Part shown: piece after piece, positions 13,430 to 26,711 of the stretch
Layout of the letters: the number at the start of each line of letters is the position of its first letter
Position numbering within the stretch: the stretch's first letter is position 1
Assembly (NCBI GenBank): GCA_964016885.1
Contig: OZ024742.1
Coordinates: forward strand, 269,576,001-269,640,000
Direction of reading: 5' to 3'
DNA: 64,000 nucleotides
DNA from: Eledone cirrhosa
Taxonomy: Eukaryota
Made by a program: the position numbers and the translations under genes
Notes under the pieces: generated by a model
Database searches by the model: none
The model's input: only the letters and a program-made list of their open reading frames with translations
What the model was told of the DNA's origin: nothing

Positions 13430-14330
13430 TGACCTCTCGTTACGTAGACGATATTAATATAGTAATAAGAACACCCCCACAAGAGAGTACTGATGAACAT
13501 GATTTAGAATATAGCACAACGGAAAGCATCCAGGAGATAGTTAACTCCATACCCCAGAATATAACTGTAACTATTGACTACCCTAACAATAGACTACCAG
13601 TATTAGACACGGAACTCTGGATTTAACACTATAGACGAGAGAGCCCAAATTCTCCACTCACACTATGCTAAACCCATGGCCCTAAAATACCTGATACTCA
13701 ACAACTCAGCAATGACCAGGAGTGCTAAGGTGAATATTCTGATCGCAGACTTGGTACGAGTGATGAAGAACGTGTCCCGCATGTGCGACCTCACTGAAAG
13801 GGAAAGACACATCCAACACTTCATCAAGCGCATGCAGTTCTCTGGCTACAACCAACGAGACAGAATCAGAGTATACAAAGGAGCCACGGAGTAGTATAAG
13901 ACCCTCATAGAAATGGACATGAAAGGAATGTACCCATTATACAGGAGCAAATCATGGAATAGCTTAGATAGGACTAAACATAAGATAGGGAAAGACACTC
14001 GTTTGTTTGACAACCAGAGATTCCAGAGTCTCATGTTCATGGATGCTACCCCTGGGGGCAAATTAGCTAACCACTGTAGAAAGACCCTAAGAAAGACCCA
14101 CTTAAAAATTAAAGGGGTAGAAAAGCCAGGAACTACCATAAAAACCCTGATCAGCAAAAGAAAACCCCCTGTATTATAAGAAATGTGTAATATGTAAAGT
14201 GAACCCCCAACTAAAGTATAAAACTAGAAATGTAATAAAAAAATAATGGCGTAAACATTACAATACAATAGGAGGGATCATGATAATAGTACCACTGATG
14301 ATGTTGCAGTGTGCAACTTTGTTAGACTAT
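13430..14330 (+). mobile_element. Decayed PLE of a divergent (non-Neptune) clade: RT/thumb fragment plus truncated terminus
   Basis: [32 protein letters not shown]; the terminus carries CTGATGA-T-GTTGCA-gtg-TGCAAC with GAAA deleted, homologous to 19340-19420. Confidence 0.75.
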
Positions 14331-14450
14331 ATATATATATATATACGGTATGTGCGTATTTCTTCTAAGTTTAATTTTACTACTAATTACGTGCGGTTGA
14401 CGATATATTTGATCGGATTCTGCATGCTGTCGAAGTGTTTGATAAATAAT

Positions 14451-14638
14451 TGTTTCTACTTTAGGCACAAGGACAGCAATTACCCAGTGCATTACTGGTA
14501 CTTTGTTTTTATCGACCCCGTAAGGATGAAAGGCAAAGTCAACCTCGGCGGGATTTGAACTCAGATCGTAAAGGGACGTAACTATGCTGGAAAGCATGGC
14601 GTCCGACCCTCTACTGATACTGCCAATCCACGCCCTTT
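14451..14638 (-). mobile_element. Full-length SINE with 16-bp TSD
   Basis: Reverse complement of the 18723 copy; gtgtttgataaataat is duplicated at 14435-14450 and 14639-14654. Confidence 0.9.
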
Positions 14639-15011
14639 GTGTTTGATAAATAATGGAACGGAGTTAACACGAACTAGCTGCGATCAATTGTTTGTCGGAG
14701 ATTTCCCCGTTAGAAAATTTACTCTTAAAGCTTGCTGGATTTGATTATGTATATGGTTAATTATGCTGATTAGAGGAAGAAATAGTATATATTTTAATAT
14801 CTGATTGATTCTATAGACAGGTTTTATGATATATATATATATACGGGATAACAGGTTATCGTTATTGGTAGTCCAATTAGATGTAGTCCAGTTAGAGTAC
14901 TCCCTGTTGTGGATGGTATTAAATCATGGCTTAGTTTGACTCAACAAGTCGTTTCCATAGTGATGCTGCGAGTACATGGTGATTTCTATGTAGTTTATAC
15001 TTGGAGTAATA

Positions 15012-15220
15012 ATAATTCAAGAAAGAAGAGTGACATGGTTGGCTATACTTTCGCACGCTCTGCTGAAACGACTGGTTATAAACAAAGTATTGGAGATCGA
15101 TTGACGCAGCATCAAGCGTGTAGCGAACTCTAGACCTACCTGATCAAAGAAACAATTGTCAGCAATGTGAATAAAGCCATTATTGTATAGCCAACCATGT
15201 CACTCTTCTTTCTTGAATTA
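15012..15220. repeat. Perfect ~36-bp inverted repeat with ~135-bp spacer
   Basis: taattcaagaaagaagagtgacatggttggctatac / gtatagccaaccatgtcactcttctttcttgaatta. Confidence 0.85.
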
Positions 15221-15399
15221 TATATATATATATATTTATATCTGTATTTTCAACTGTTGGTCAGTCAATGATAAACATCGATTGCCAAATAAATTAACTA
15301 TTGAGATATAAAAGATAAAGAAGCAAAATCTAAAAAACAGTCAGTGTGATCTGTTAATATTTCTGTCAATATTACAACAATATGACCCTCCCCAAGTAT

Positions 15400-15448
<49 letters not shown>

Positions 15449-15735
15449 CAAATGACGAAACGAAATTAAATTTCGTTTCGTTTGTAACTCACTTTTGTAT
15501 GACTGACGCTTAAACAATTAAGTTAAAAAATGACATCTACATATGCATACTGAAATACTAGTGTGTATATGAATACACACACGTATACATATGTATATGT
15601 AACAAGTCTTTCACTGGTTGCTTTACTGTGAGCACCCAGCTATTCTGTATGTAAACACACAGACAAACCGGTTTTTAGAGTCATACTGGTTTTGAGGGAA
15701 CACCTTCCCTCTATTCTCCAGAAAGCCAGACAAGG

Positions 15736-15780
15736 AATATTGAACTAGTTTCGTTGTTGTTACAACTCATCAGCAATATT
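15736..15780 (-). ncRNA. Minimal type I hammerhead motif
   Basis: aatattg-CTGATGA-GTTGT-aaca-ACAAC-GAAA-CTA-GTT/caatatt: 7-bp helix I, 5-bp helix II, palindromic helix III (AACTAGTT). Confidence 0.8.
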
Positions 15781-15958
15781 TACCTATCTACCGGCCCCTC
15801 TGGAGAATTGTAAAAGCACATATCGTTATATTTATATATATATTAATAAAAGGATTTCCAACTTTGTCTGATTTACTCGTTTTATTTACAATCCTTTAAA
15901 ATTTATAATGGCATTAGAATGAAATAGTTTGGTAGAATATTAAATGTTAAGTGTTAAT

Positions 15959-15997
15959 TGAACAAGTACTTTCATGCTTTCGCAATCTTCAGGTTCA
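15959..15997 (-). ncRNA. Minimal type I hammerhead motif in the PLE 3' UTR
   Basis: tgaac-CTGAAGA-T-TGC-gaaa-GCA-T-GAAA-GTA-CTT/gttca, about 370 nt downstream of the GIY-YIG stop at 16363. Confidence 0.75.
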
Positions 15998-16362
15998 TAA
16001 TGTGTGGTGACAGTCAAGTTTGCAATTTTCAACTGTAATGAGATGGGTAAATTTTGTGCCTTATATACAGTGAAAAGTGGCTCCAGAATGCTAAATCTTG
16101 CAAAATATATTTCGACCAATCGGTGTGTAGTTTCACTGGATTACTAAAGGTGATTGGTTTAGGCATCACGGTTGGTTGAGCATGTCTAACGACTACTAAT
16201 TGACCCTATCCAAAGCATCAATTGTTTTGCTATTTTTAGAAATGATGAAAATAGCATTTTCTAGTAATCATCACCATCAACATCACTTTTATTAGTATTA
16301 TTGTTGTTGTTGTTGTTGTTAGTGGTCTTAGTCATAGTTATAGTAGGATTAATACCCCATTA

Positions 16363-17428
16363 TTATTGTTCATTTATCTTGGGTTTGAATTTATCAATAC
16401 AATTATTTTCTTTGATTTTTCTCCTGATTTCACTTGGGCTGTGTAATTTGTAGAATGGGAATATTATAAATATTCCCTGACCATATGTTGCTAGATGGTT
16501 ACTTAGGAGTATCTGACACACATTAGGGTCTCTGATTTGGTGTCGGTGTACCCGTACACGTTCCGATAATGCATTTCCAGTTTGACCGACATATAGTTCT
16601 TCACAATTCGAGCATTTAATGCAGTAAATTAGATTTCTGCTTTTGCAGTTCATATTTGCATTTGGAAATTTTTTTCCAGTTCTTGTTTTCATATATTGAC
16701 CAGCGTGTATGGATTGACATGTGCCACATCGAGTATCATTGCATTTAGATACAGTGAATGATTGGTCTTTGTTGTTATGGTCAAACTTTGCTTTTGTTAA
16801 TAATTGCTTCAAATTTTTCTGCTGTCTTTTACTAAGTGTCAAAGATCGATCTGTGATTAAGCCTTTTAATTCATTACTTTGAGCAATGATCGGTAGGTTT
16901 GCTTTGGCAGTGTTGAAGATATTCTGGTGACATGGGTTGTGTGTCATTATAAATGGCATGACCAGTCCTTGGTTTCTTCTTCCTTGGGTTGTCCTACGTT
17001 GTTGTATAGGTATTTTTATAGCCCGCTGTATGCCATTTTCTATAAGTAGAGATGGGTATTTTTGTTTGAGCAAAAATTCTCTTAATTCTGTTAGGCGTTT
17101 GTACCTGGTATTCGTATCTTCTACAATGGTACAAATTTTTCTGGCTAGGCAGTATGGGATGTTGCGTTTTGTATGAGGTGGATGGCACGACTTAAAATTC
17201 AGATATTGATGGGTGTATGTGTGTTTATAATATATATCCGAGGTAGTGGTGGTGTCGTTTTTGATTATCATTATATCTAGGAATGGTAACTTGGTACTAC
17301 TCATCTCTTTTGTGAAGTGGATAGATGGGTGTAGGTTATTCAGGAGGATATTGAACTCATCCAGAGTATCTAGAGATTCTTTCCACATGATGAAACAGTC
17401 GTCAGGTTATCTCTTCCAAGATTTTTCA
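16363..17428 (-). mobile_element. 5'-truncated Neptune-type PLE: RT C-terminus/thumb plus GIY-YIG endonuclease
   Basis: LPFLDI, SCHPPHTKRNIP, linker CNDTRCGTC, NLIYCIKCSNC..LYVGQTG..LSERVRVH. Confidence 0.9.
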
Positions 17429-17467
<39 letters not shown>

Positions 17468-17468
<1 letters not shown>

Positions 17469-17517
17469 CCTGATGATTTCTCCCGAATGAAACAGTTCTT
17501 GTCGTGTAGAAGGCATT

Positions 17518-17520
<3 letters not shown>
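17468..17520 (+). ncRNA. Isolated hammerhead core inserted in (TA)n
   Basis: ac-CTGATGA-T-TTC-tccc-GAA-T-GAAA-CAG-ttc-TT-GTC/gtgtag; the 5' strand of helix I is truncated by the microsatellite. Confidence 0.65.
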
Positions 17521-17558
<38 letters not shown>

Positions 17559-17573
17559 TATATATATATACAT

Positions 17574-17604
<31 letters not shown>

Positions 17605-17644
17605 TATACATATGTATATATAGATATATAGATATATAGATAGA

Positions 17645-18513
17645 CTAGCAGTAAAGCCCGGCGTTGCTCGGGGTCGCTCAGTAGCTGTGTTAAAGTTACA
17701 ATGTTAAGTTTCTTTCTTGGCTTAAAAACTGTAGTGTCTACTGTGCAGACTTGCATGTGGTGTTTTTGATTAATATTCCCTCAACCAACAATATGCCTTA
17801 TGAAGTTAAGAAAACATAACGATAACCCGAATGTTATAACAAAAGAGGATGCTGGGGATAGAAACTGCACTGGTTATTTATTAACAAAGATCGAAAATGT
17901 AAACACTGCAACGCAGAGAAAAACATTAGCGTAACCAAATTATCAGTTATGGCTGTCTGCACCTATATCACCTCTCTGCACGACTATCTGTCTGCACGCC
18001 TATATCACCTCTCTGCACGACTGTCTGTCTGCACGCCTATATCACCTCTCTGCACGACTGTCTGTCTGCACGCCTAACGAAATTTACAGATACATATATT
18101 TTAAATAAACTTATATAATTTTTGCTTTTTTTTACGAAATATTTGCTTGTTTTACGTAGTCTTTAAATAGACTTGTTTTCAAGTAAAAATATTGTTTTAA
18201 AATGCTTTTAAATGGAATGTATTGTGTTAATGTCATTTTAAACGCTGAGAAAGCCAGCGTAATTTTTTACGTAAGACGCTCAATGTAAACAGAACAAAGT
18301 GAAATAACTGATCACTTACGCTCAAAAATCGATACATTATATTCGATTTCGTCACATAGGGTGGGTCAATTTGAAATTTTTTTTTTCCGATGTCTTCGTT
18401 AGGGCTCAATGTACAAGTATAGCAATTTCGGTGCAATTCCGTGAGAGATTCTAAGAGGAGATGTGTGCCAAAAATCGATAGACAGACAGACAACCACAGT
18501 TTTATATATATAG

Positions 18514-18514
<1 letters not shown>
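17645..18514 (-). mobile_element. Non-autonomous Helitron
   Basis: Minus strand starts TC (TCTATATATATAAAA), ends with hairpin cccgagcaacgccggg then CTAG, and sits between A and T with no TSD. Confidence 0.8.
17955..18076. repeat. 37-bp minisatellite, ~3.3 copies, inside the Helitron
   Basis: ctatatcacctctctgcacgact(a/g)tctgtctgcacgc starting at 17963, 18000 and 18037. Confidence 0.9.
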
Positions 18515-18583
<69 letters not shown>

Positions 18584-18722
18584 TACTGTCATTTTATGTG
18601 TGTATCTGTAGGTGGGTATGAGTTAAAGTTGACTTGTTTATTTTTTCATATTAATTTAAAATAGGCTGAAGCCTGCAGTAGGAAATGGATACAATGTCCG
18701 ATTCATTATTTAACGTGATCTT

Positions 18723-18909
18723 GAGGCCGGTGTATTGGCAGTATCGGTAGAGGTTCGGACGCCATGCTTTCCAGCATAGTTACGTCCCTTTACGATCTGT
18801 GTTCAAATCCCGCTGAGGTTGACTTTGCCTTTCATCCTTACGGGGTCGATAAAATAAAGTACCAGTAATGCACTGGGTAATTGGTGGCCTTGTGCCTAAA
18901 GTAGAAACA
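18723..18909 (+). mobile_element. Full-length tRNA-derived SINE with 18-bp TSD
   Basis: A/B boxes (tggcagtatcgg, gttcaaatcc); attatttaacgtgatctt at 18705-18722 and 18910-18927. Confidence 0.9.
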
Positions 18910-19067
18910 ATTATTTAACGTGATCTTTTTTCATTCCTTCGTTTTTTATGTAGTATAGTTTCTATTCTGATACCTACACTATTCACTTCTCTCTGTTTTC
19001 GTCTACTCGTATTTCTTTCGTATACATACACATATGATCGAAATATTAAACACATTCATCTGCATAT

Positions 19068-19098
<31 letters not shown>

Positions 19099-19099
19099 G

Positions 19100-19905
19100 T
19101 TTTGCGAGGTTTTTGATATGAAATCGTGTGTCGAAACAAATATTGTTATACTTGGGGAGGGTCATACTTGTGTAATAATATTGCCAGATTTAATAACAGA
19201 ACACACTCACTGTTTGGTTGGTTTTCGCTTCTGTGTCTTTTATATCGGTTAATTGAATTTATTCGGTCCTCAATGTTACCATTGACTGCCCAATGGTCAA
19301 AAATACAGATACAATATAGACACAGACACATATATATAGTCTAACAAAATTCTTTCGTTGCACATCTGCAACATCGTCAGTGGTGCTATTATGTTTTCCT
19401 CCTGTTCTATTGTATGCCTACGCCATCTTTATTTAGTCTGTTTATTTATTTATTTATTTATTTATTTATTTGTCTTCTGTGTGCATGCATTTGCGTGTGT
19501 GTATAGTGTTTGATGTGTGTTCGTGTTGGGGTGACTGTGTATTGGTTATTGTATTCTATCTTAATTTACTAGCGTGTGTTTATATGTGTTTGTTGTTATT
19601 GTGCTTGTGTATGCATTTATTAATTTATTTATATTTCTCTTAGGTCAGTATTTGTTTGTTTGGGTGTTGTTGTTATTCCATTCATTTTTTCTGTTTAGCC
19701 TTGGCCTTCTAAGTTCTATTTCGCTGGCCTCGCTGATTTGCCCATCTGCTGGGTCATTTCTATGTTTAAATATTATTCTAATTTCTATGTTGTCTATGTT
19801 ACCGTCGTGTTGTTGTCTGGCATGTTCGTATAGTACTGAACCGTTTTTTCGTCCTTTTAGTTTCCCCCAGTGTTGGTCTATCCTTTCACCTATGCTACGA
19901 GTTGT
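19100..19905 (-). mobile_element. PLE 3' end: GIY-YIG C-terminus plus terminal repeat with a decayed HHR (19341-19388)
   Basis: SIGERIDQH...SVLYEHARQQH...LNRKNEW; cca-CTGACGA-T-GTTGCA-gatg-TGCAAC-GAAA; terminus homologous to 14250-14330, 15340-15405, 55700-55955 and 62358-63165. Confidence 0.75.
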
Positions 19906-21035
19906 AGATTGTCTTTTGCTCTTTATGATATCGTGTGTTCGTAGGATTTGGTTCATTCTATGGTCCTTTTTCAACACAGGGATGTTCGGGAGGATGGTGT
20001 CAAAGGCCTCATTGTTGAAGGGGTTGTGTGTGGAGATGTATGGAAGAGCTTTTAGTTTCGGTTGATTTACTTTAGGGTGTCTAAGGTCCTGGGTACTGAG
20101 TTTTAGGGCACGTTGGATTCCATTGTCAATTAGTGATGCAGAGTAGTCTCTGCCTATGAGTGTGTCCTTTAGTTCTTGTAGCCGTAAGTACACCTGGGTG
20201 TTTTTATTGGATACTATAGTACAGATTCTCTTGGCTAAGTTGTAGGGAATATTAATTTTAACGTGTCTAGGGTGGCAAGAGTTGGAAGATATTGCTTGGA
20301 GTCTGTGGACTTGTAGTATATGTCTGTTTCTATTTTTTTGTTATGGATCTTAATGAGGGTGTCGAGGAAGGGGAGTTGTTGATGGCTGTATTCCATCGTA
20401 GAGTTAATATTCGTGTTGAGACCATTTATAAGCGTGTGAAATTCTTTAAGTTTCTCGATGTTTTCGTGCCAAAGGATGAAGAAATCATCTAGATATCGCT
20501 TCCAGTTCCTTTCTATGTGTAAGTGGAGAGTGTTTCCAAATCCGTTTAGGACTTTAGTGTAGAGGGTGATTTCCAGGTATCCCATGACTGGGTTGGCATA
20601 AGTGGGGGCCGTTTTCGTTCCCATAGGGGTCCCAGATTTCTGCCTGTAGAATTTGTTATTGAAAACGAAGTAATTATTCTCCAAGATAAATTTGAGTCCC
20701 TCTATCACGAATTATTTTTTGATGCGTGGTGGGAGTTCATTGTGGTAATTATCCAGCCAGAATTGGATAGCTTCTATTCCTAGGTTGTGGTGGATATTGG
20801 AGTATAGGTTGACTACATCGAACGTCACTAGTAGGGTTTGTTCAGAAAGGGGCATATTAGGGAGGTGATTGAACATATCTAGGTCGTCCCTTATATAGCT
20901 TGTGATGTGTTTGAGAAAAGGCTTGAGAAGGGTATCAATGAAGTTGCTAAGGCGATGGGTTTCGCAAGCGGGGCCTGCTATTATAGGTCTTAATTTGAGA
21001 TCATTGGGTGAGGGAACATTGATGACTATGCTGTG
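19906..21035 (-). mobile_element. Neptune-type PLE RT fragment, related to the 50-kb element
   Basis: LRPIIAGPACETHRLSN, QKSGTPMGTKTAPTYAN, WKRYLDDFF, YISTHNP; contains frameshifts. Confidence 0.9.
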
Positions 21036-21036
21036 G

Positions 21037-21117
<81 letters not shown>

Positions 21118-21783
21118 TTTGTTGGTTCACCACTGGATAGAATTGGTCATTCCGTATGGTCAATCTCGATGTAATATTATGGCGACTACTCAACGCAATG
21201 CAGCTCGCCCGTCGACTTTTGTGTAGTTGGTGGTGCGAGTACGGGGTTAATTATTATAATAAAATAACAGGAGGCTGGACTTGTGTAAATCCTTGAAAGA
21301 TTTATTGTACTAAGATCATTTCATTGACCATGTTCCGTATGAATCCGTTGATATCATCAGGTATTCGAAATATAACAAAGAAATATAACAGATAAAATCC
21401 ATGGGGCTGAAAATCATAGACAAGGGGACGACCGAACATATAGCATCTTCTACTTTGACTTGAGGGCGACCGACTAAACTAGAAGATGCTAGATGGTCGG
21501 TCGTCCTCTTGTCGATGATATATATCTATATATCTATATCTATTTATGTATATATATATATATATATATAAGTATGTACACGTACATACATATATGTATA
21601 CAGACGTACAGTAGTATGTATATATATATATATATATACATACTTGCACACGTATATATATATGTACGTATGGATCCACCGAACATTTATTATAATGCTC
21701 GGTGTGTTTGTAAACAAACATCCCGTATTAAGCCGTAGTGTCTAGCAACCATCGTTGCTCGTTTGTTCAACACTGACAAAGGA

Positions 21784-21826
21784 ACGCTGTACTAGTTTCA
21801 AGCTTATTAGCTATCCTCAGCAACAT
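21784..21826 (-). ncRNA. Minimal type I hammerhead motif
   Basis: atgttg-CTGAGGA-T-AGCT-aata-AGCT-T-GAAA-CTA-GTA/cagcgt. Confidence 0.75.
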
Positions 21827-22053
21827 ATACCTTCCTGCCAGATTGTTGAACGTATATACTTACCTTATGCATATTAACGTCTGAGTAGCTCAATTTGCAT
21901 ATCGAGTGGGTTAATCGGCCGGGTGCACCGAAAACGATAAACAGAAAAAATGCAACGATAAACGGAAATGAAACGATAAACGGAAAAAATGAAACACACC
22001 GAGCATTATAATAAATGTTCGGCGGATCCATACGTACATATATATATGTGTCC

Positions 22054-22153
<100 letters not shown>

Positions 22154-22366
22154 GCTACTGTACGTCTGTATACATATATGTGTGTACGTGAACATAATTA
22201 TATTTAAGTAACAGCCTTACTAAGAGTGGGAAATGAAATTTCGTTTCATTTTTTCTGTTTATCGTTTTCGGTGCACCCGAGCGATTAACCCACTCGATAT
22301 GAAAATTGGGCTACTCAGCCGTTAATAATGTAAATATATACGTTCAACAATCTGGCATGACGGTAT

Positions 22367-22409
22367 ACGTTGCTGACGATAGCTAATAAGCTTGAAACTA
22401 GTACAGCGT
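22367..22409 (+). ncRNA. Minimal type I hammerhead motif (mirror of 21784)
   Basis: acgttg-CTGACGA-T-AGCT-aata-AGCT-T-GAAA-CTA-GTA/cagcgt; differs from its mirror only at the free N7 position and a G-U/G-C pair. Confidence 0.8.
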
Positions 22410-22713
22410 TCCTTTGTGAGTGTTCAACAAAGGAGCAACGATGGTTGCTAGACACTACGCCTTAAAACGGGATGTTTGTTTACAAACAAACCAAACATTA
22501 TAATAAATGTTCTGTGGATCCATACGTACATATATATATATATGTGTGCATGTATGTATATATACATACTACTGTACGTCTGTATACATATATGTATGTA
22601 CGTGTACATACTTATATTTAAGTAACAGCCGTATTAAGAGCGGGAAATGAAATTTCGTTTCATTGTTTCCGTTTATATATATATATATATACATATATGT
22701 ATTTATGTGTATA

Positions 22714-22819
<106 letters not shown>

Positions 22820-22849
22820 TGTATATATATATATATTTATATATATAGA

Positions 22850-24241
22850 GATAATTAGTATATCTACCAACATATGTATACAGATGTATACGCATGCTAG
22901 CAAATATATATGTTATGTCTTAGTACCTTTGTGATTCTATGCAGGAGGATGCAGAACAATTATATGAAAGAATAAGAAAATTTAAAAAATTAAAAATTAA
23001 CTTACTAAAATTTTCACTCCAACCAATTAGTTTCTGTAAGGGTATAAATATAGTTACGTAACGTAACTAGAGAGAATTCTTTACGTCATCAGGGAGTCTA
23101 TTCTCAGCTAAGTTCCCAGGCAATGCGCGGACACTAGGAACCCATATAAAAATAATAATTCAGTGGAATGGAATAAAGCTAGCGGGGACTAAATTCCAGA
23201 GCACTGAAAAAATTCACTGCCTACTTGGTCAGTAGCAAATTCTAAAGAATCAATCACGTGATACTGAGGTTAATCAGTGAGGAGTGGGGTGGTATTATGA
23301 CAAGAGACTACTACTACTACCATGAACCATAGCAGTAAATTTTGGCAAGTTTTACTCAACAAATAATTTGGAGATACATATAGAGAATTAGTACATCTAC
23401 CAACATATGTGTACAGATGTACACCCATGATAGCAAATATTTATGATATGTCTTACTACCTTTGTGGTTCTATGCAGGGGGATGCAGAACAATTATATGA
23501 AAGACGTAAAATAAGAAAATTTTAAAAATTTAAAATTAACTTACTAAAATTTTCACTCCAACTTATTAGTTTCTGTAAGGGAATAAATATAGTTACGTAA
23601 CGTAACAATAGAGAATTACTTACGTCATCAGGGGGTCTATTCTCAGCTAAGTTCCAAGGCAATGCGCGGACACTAGGAACCCACATAAAAATAATAATTC
23701 AGTGGATGGAATAAAGCTAGCGGGGACTAAATTCCAGAGCACTGAAAAAATTCACTGCCTACTTGGTTAGTGGCAAATTCTAAAGAATCAATCACGTGAT
23801 ACTGAGGTTAATCAGTGAGTAGTGGAGTGGTATTATGACATGAGCCTACTACTACTATCATGAACCATAGCAGTCAATTTTGGCAAGTTTTACTCAACAA
23901 ATAATTTGGAGATAAATATAGAGAATTAGTATATCTACCAATATATGTATACAGATGTATACACATGCTAGCAAATATATATGTTATGTCTTAGTACCTT
24001 TGTGGTTCTATGCAGGGGGATGCAGAACAATTATATGAAAGACGTAAAATAAGAAAATTTTAAAAATTAAACCTCAATTAAAACTTAGCTGAGAATAGAC
24101 TCCCAGATGACGTAAGGAATTCTCTAGTTACGTTAAGTAACTATATTTATTCCCTTACAGAAACTAATTAGTTGGAGTGAACATTTTAGTAAGTCAGTTA
24201 ATTTTTAATTTTTTTAATTTTCTTATTTTACGTCTTTCATA

Positions 24242-24242
<1 letters not shown>
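22850..24242. mobile_element. Non-coding ~535-bp unit, 2.3 tandem copies plus a short inverted copy
   Basis: attagta(t/c)atctacca at 22854, 23387 and 23925; 24084-24242 is inverted; minus-strand CTGATGA plus hairpin, but no intact GAAA. Confidence 0.85.
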
Positions 24243-24293
<51 letters not shown>

Positions 24294-24416
24294 GGAGGTG
24301 AGTTTTATTGTAGTACAATAAAGCAATGCAGATATCGGATAAGAAGCACTCTACAGTTTGTGGGACTGGAGTATGCATAATATAAGATCAAAAGATGGTT
24401 AAAGGAGTTCCATATA

Positions 24417-24483
24417 TTTTATTATGCGCATTTCAAAAACAAACATCATCAAGCAATAATATTTGTGTTTTCATCAGATAAAA
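24417..24483 (-). ncRNA. Type I hammerhead motif
   Basis: Exact reverse complement of 26028-26094. Confidence 0.8.
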
Positions 24484-25474
24484 CAGGAGAACATGATATG
24501 AAGGCTAAAAAACACTTGTGGATAGTGCAGTTTTAAATCAACATATGAAAAGTGGTTTTAGATTGATGTGTGATATTGGGAAAAATATTTTATTTAGAGA
24601 GGGGGGGGGATGAAAAGGGAAGGAGATGAGAGGGAGAGATGGGTGATAGAGAGAAAGAGATAGTTTTTATAACTGAGAGGAGATATATTTTTTACATAGA
24701 GGGGTTGAAAACCGTTGGAAGATACTGTATAAATTAAAAATTTTGAAAATTAACGAAGGGAGGATATGTGCGAGGAAAAAATATTTTATTTAGGGAGGGG
24801 GGGTGGAAAGGATGAAAAAAAGAGGGAGGAGATGAGAGTGAAGGTGGAGAGGGAGAGATGGGTGATAGAGAGAAAGAGATAGTTTTTATAACTGAGAAAA
24901 AGATATATTGTTTTAATATAGAGAGGTTGGGAACCGTTGTAAGATAATGTATAAATTAAAGGAATTTGAAAATTAACGAAGGGAAATTATGTATGAAGAT
25001 AGAGAGAAAAAAATAATAATTGTGGGTGAATATTCTAACGTCAAAAGAAGAAATGTATGTATTTTGGCAATTTCAAAATTAGCGAAGAGAAAAATTGTTA
25101 AGGTTTGTGTGTAGAAGGATTTGAGAAAAATAATGTGAAGTTAAAGTTTGTATATTGAATTGATAATATGTGCGAATAATAAGTTCGTTGATGGGGAGAA
25201 AAAAAATAATAATAAATTAAGGATGAAATTGAGATTAAAAAGATTTATGATAGAGAGAAAAAATAATAATGATTGCGGATGAATATTCAAAAAGTCAAAA
25301 ACAAATGTTATTATTTTACGAGAAGATAGAATGAGGGTAATGAGTAAACGAGTATTATAGAGTGTATAATGCCCTTTAAAGTAAGGTAGATGGGTATATT
25401 TTAAAGAGGTGTATGTATATGTGCCTTTGAGAAAAGATTCTAAATTGATAAAGAATTGAATATTAACTGTATAC

Positions 25475-25900
25475 TTTGTGAAAAGTTCTATGGAATTTAT
25501 GCAGGCAGATAGAAAACAAATCTGAGCGTCTATTTATTATAGAATCTAGGTTAGAGATAATGGTAAATTTTTCATTTAGGCAGAGATTACAGATTTTAGA
25601 TAGAGAGCTGTTCAAGTATGAGGATGCAGAAGAAATCTTCTTCCAAATGATGGTATATTTAATGTTTTTGTCTTTTAAGGACCATATGAGTTCTGAGAGA
25701 GCAGTGTTAGTTCTTTTAAGTTTGTATTTGAAAGATGAATGATGATTATAGAGACGAGCTTTAAAAGAGGTGGAAGTGGAGCCAAAATAGGTGAAGGAAT
25801 TGGTGCTAGTTATAATTTTACATTCATAAATTAAGTTTTTATCGAGGCAATGGTTGTTGAGAGGACATTTATTTTTAATGCGGCAGTTGCAATTAGAGAG
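25475..25900 (-). pseudogene. GIY-YIG endonuclease domain missing from the ORF track
   Basis: Manual translation: NCNCRIKNKCPLNNHCLDKNLIYECKI...TYFGSTSTSFKARLYNHHSSF...TALSELIWSLKDK...KICNLCLNEK...NRRSDLFSICLH. Confidence 0.85.
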
Positions 25901-26027
25901 ATTATTAATGAGTGATCTAGTGTTATCTATAGAAGGAATTGGATTGGAGAAGTTGTTTGCGATAGGAATAATAGGAATAATAGTTTCTTGATTTAGTGTT
26001 TTTTAGCCTTCCTATCATGTTCTCCTG

Positions 26028-26094
26028 TTTTATCTGATGAAAACACAAATATTATTGCTTGATGATGTTTGTTTTTGAAATGCGCATAATAAAA
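26028..26094 (+). ncRNA. Type I hammerhead motif
   Basis: ttttat-CTGATGA-AAACACAAATAT...ATGTTTGTTTTT-GAAA-TGCGC-ATA/ataaaa; helix III palindrome ATGCGCAT; AATAAA overlaps helix I. Confidence 0.8.
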
Positions 26095-26220
26095 TATATG
26101 GAACTCCTTTAACCATCTTTTGATCTTATATTATATATATATATAGTAATAATAATAAATTTGAAGACTAAAATCCAAAGAGGGCTTAAACTTTAATATG
26201 TTATTTTAATAAATAAATAA

Positions 26221-26521
<301 letters not shown>

Positions 26522-26664
26522 CTACCTGGAGTTACATAGTATTAGCAATTGTAAAGACCAACGGAAACATTGTTCCCTCGGTCCGATTTGACGAAAGTCG
26601 ATCGTTCTTTCCTATATATATATATGTATATATATATACCTATATATATATATATATATATATA

Positions 26665-26707
<43 letters not shown>

Positions 26708-26711
<4 letters not shown>

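Larger units (their letters stand above)
24377..26134 (-). mobile_element. 5'-truncated PLE (Naiad-like endonuclease) with inverted terminal copy
   Basis: 24377-24512 is the reverse complement of 26000-26134; 3' UTR has internal ~200-bp duplications; endonuclease reading frame lies between. Confidence 0.85.

Noticed and set aside
17955-18076. 37-bp repeats resembling a CRISPR array
   Set aside because: Head-to-tail with no unique spacers, inside a Helitron, eukaryotic context, no cas genes.
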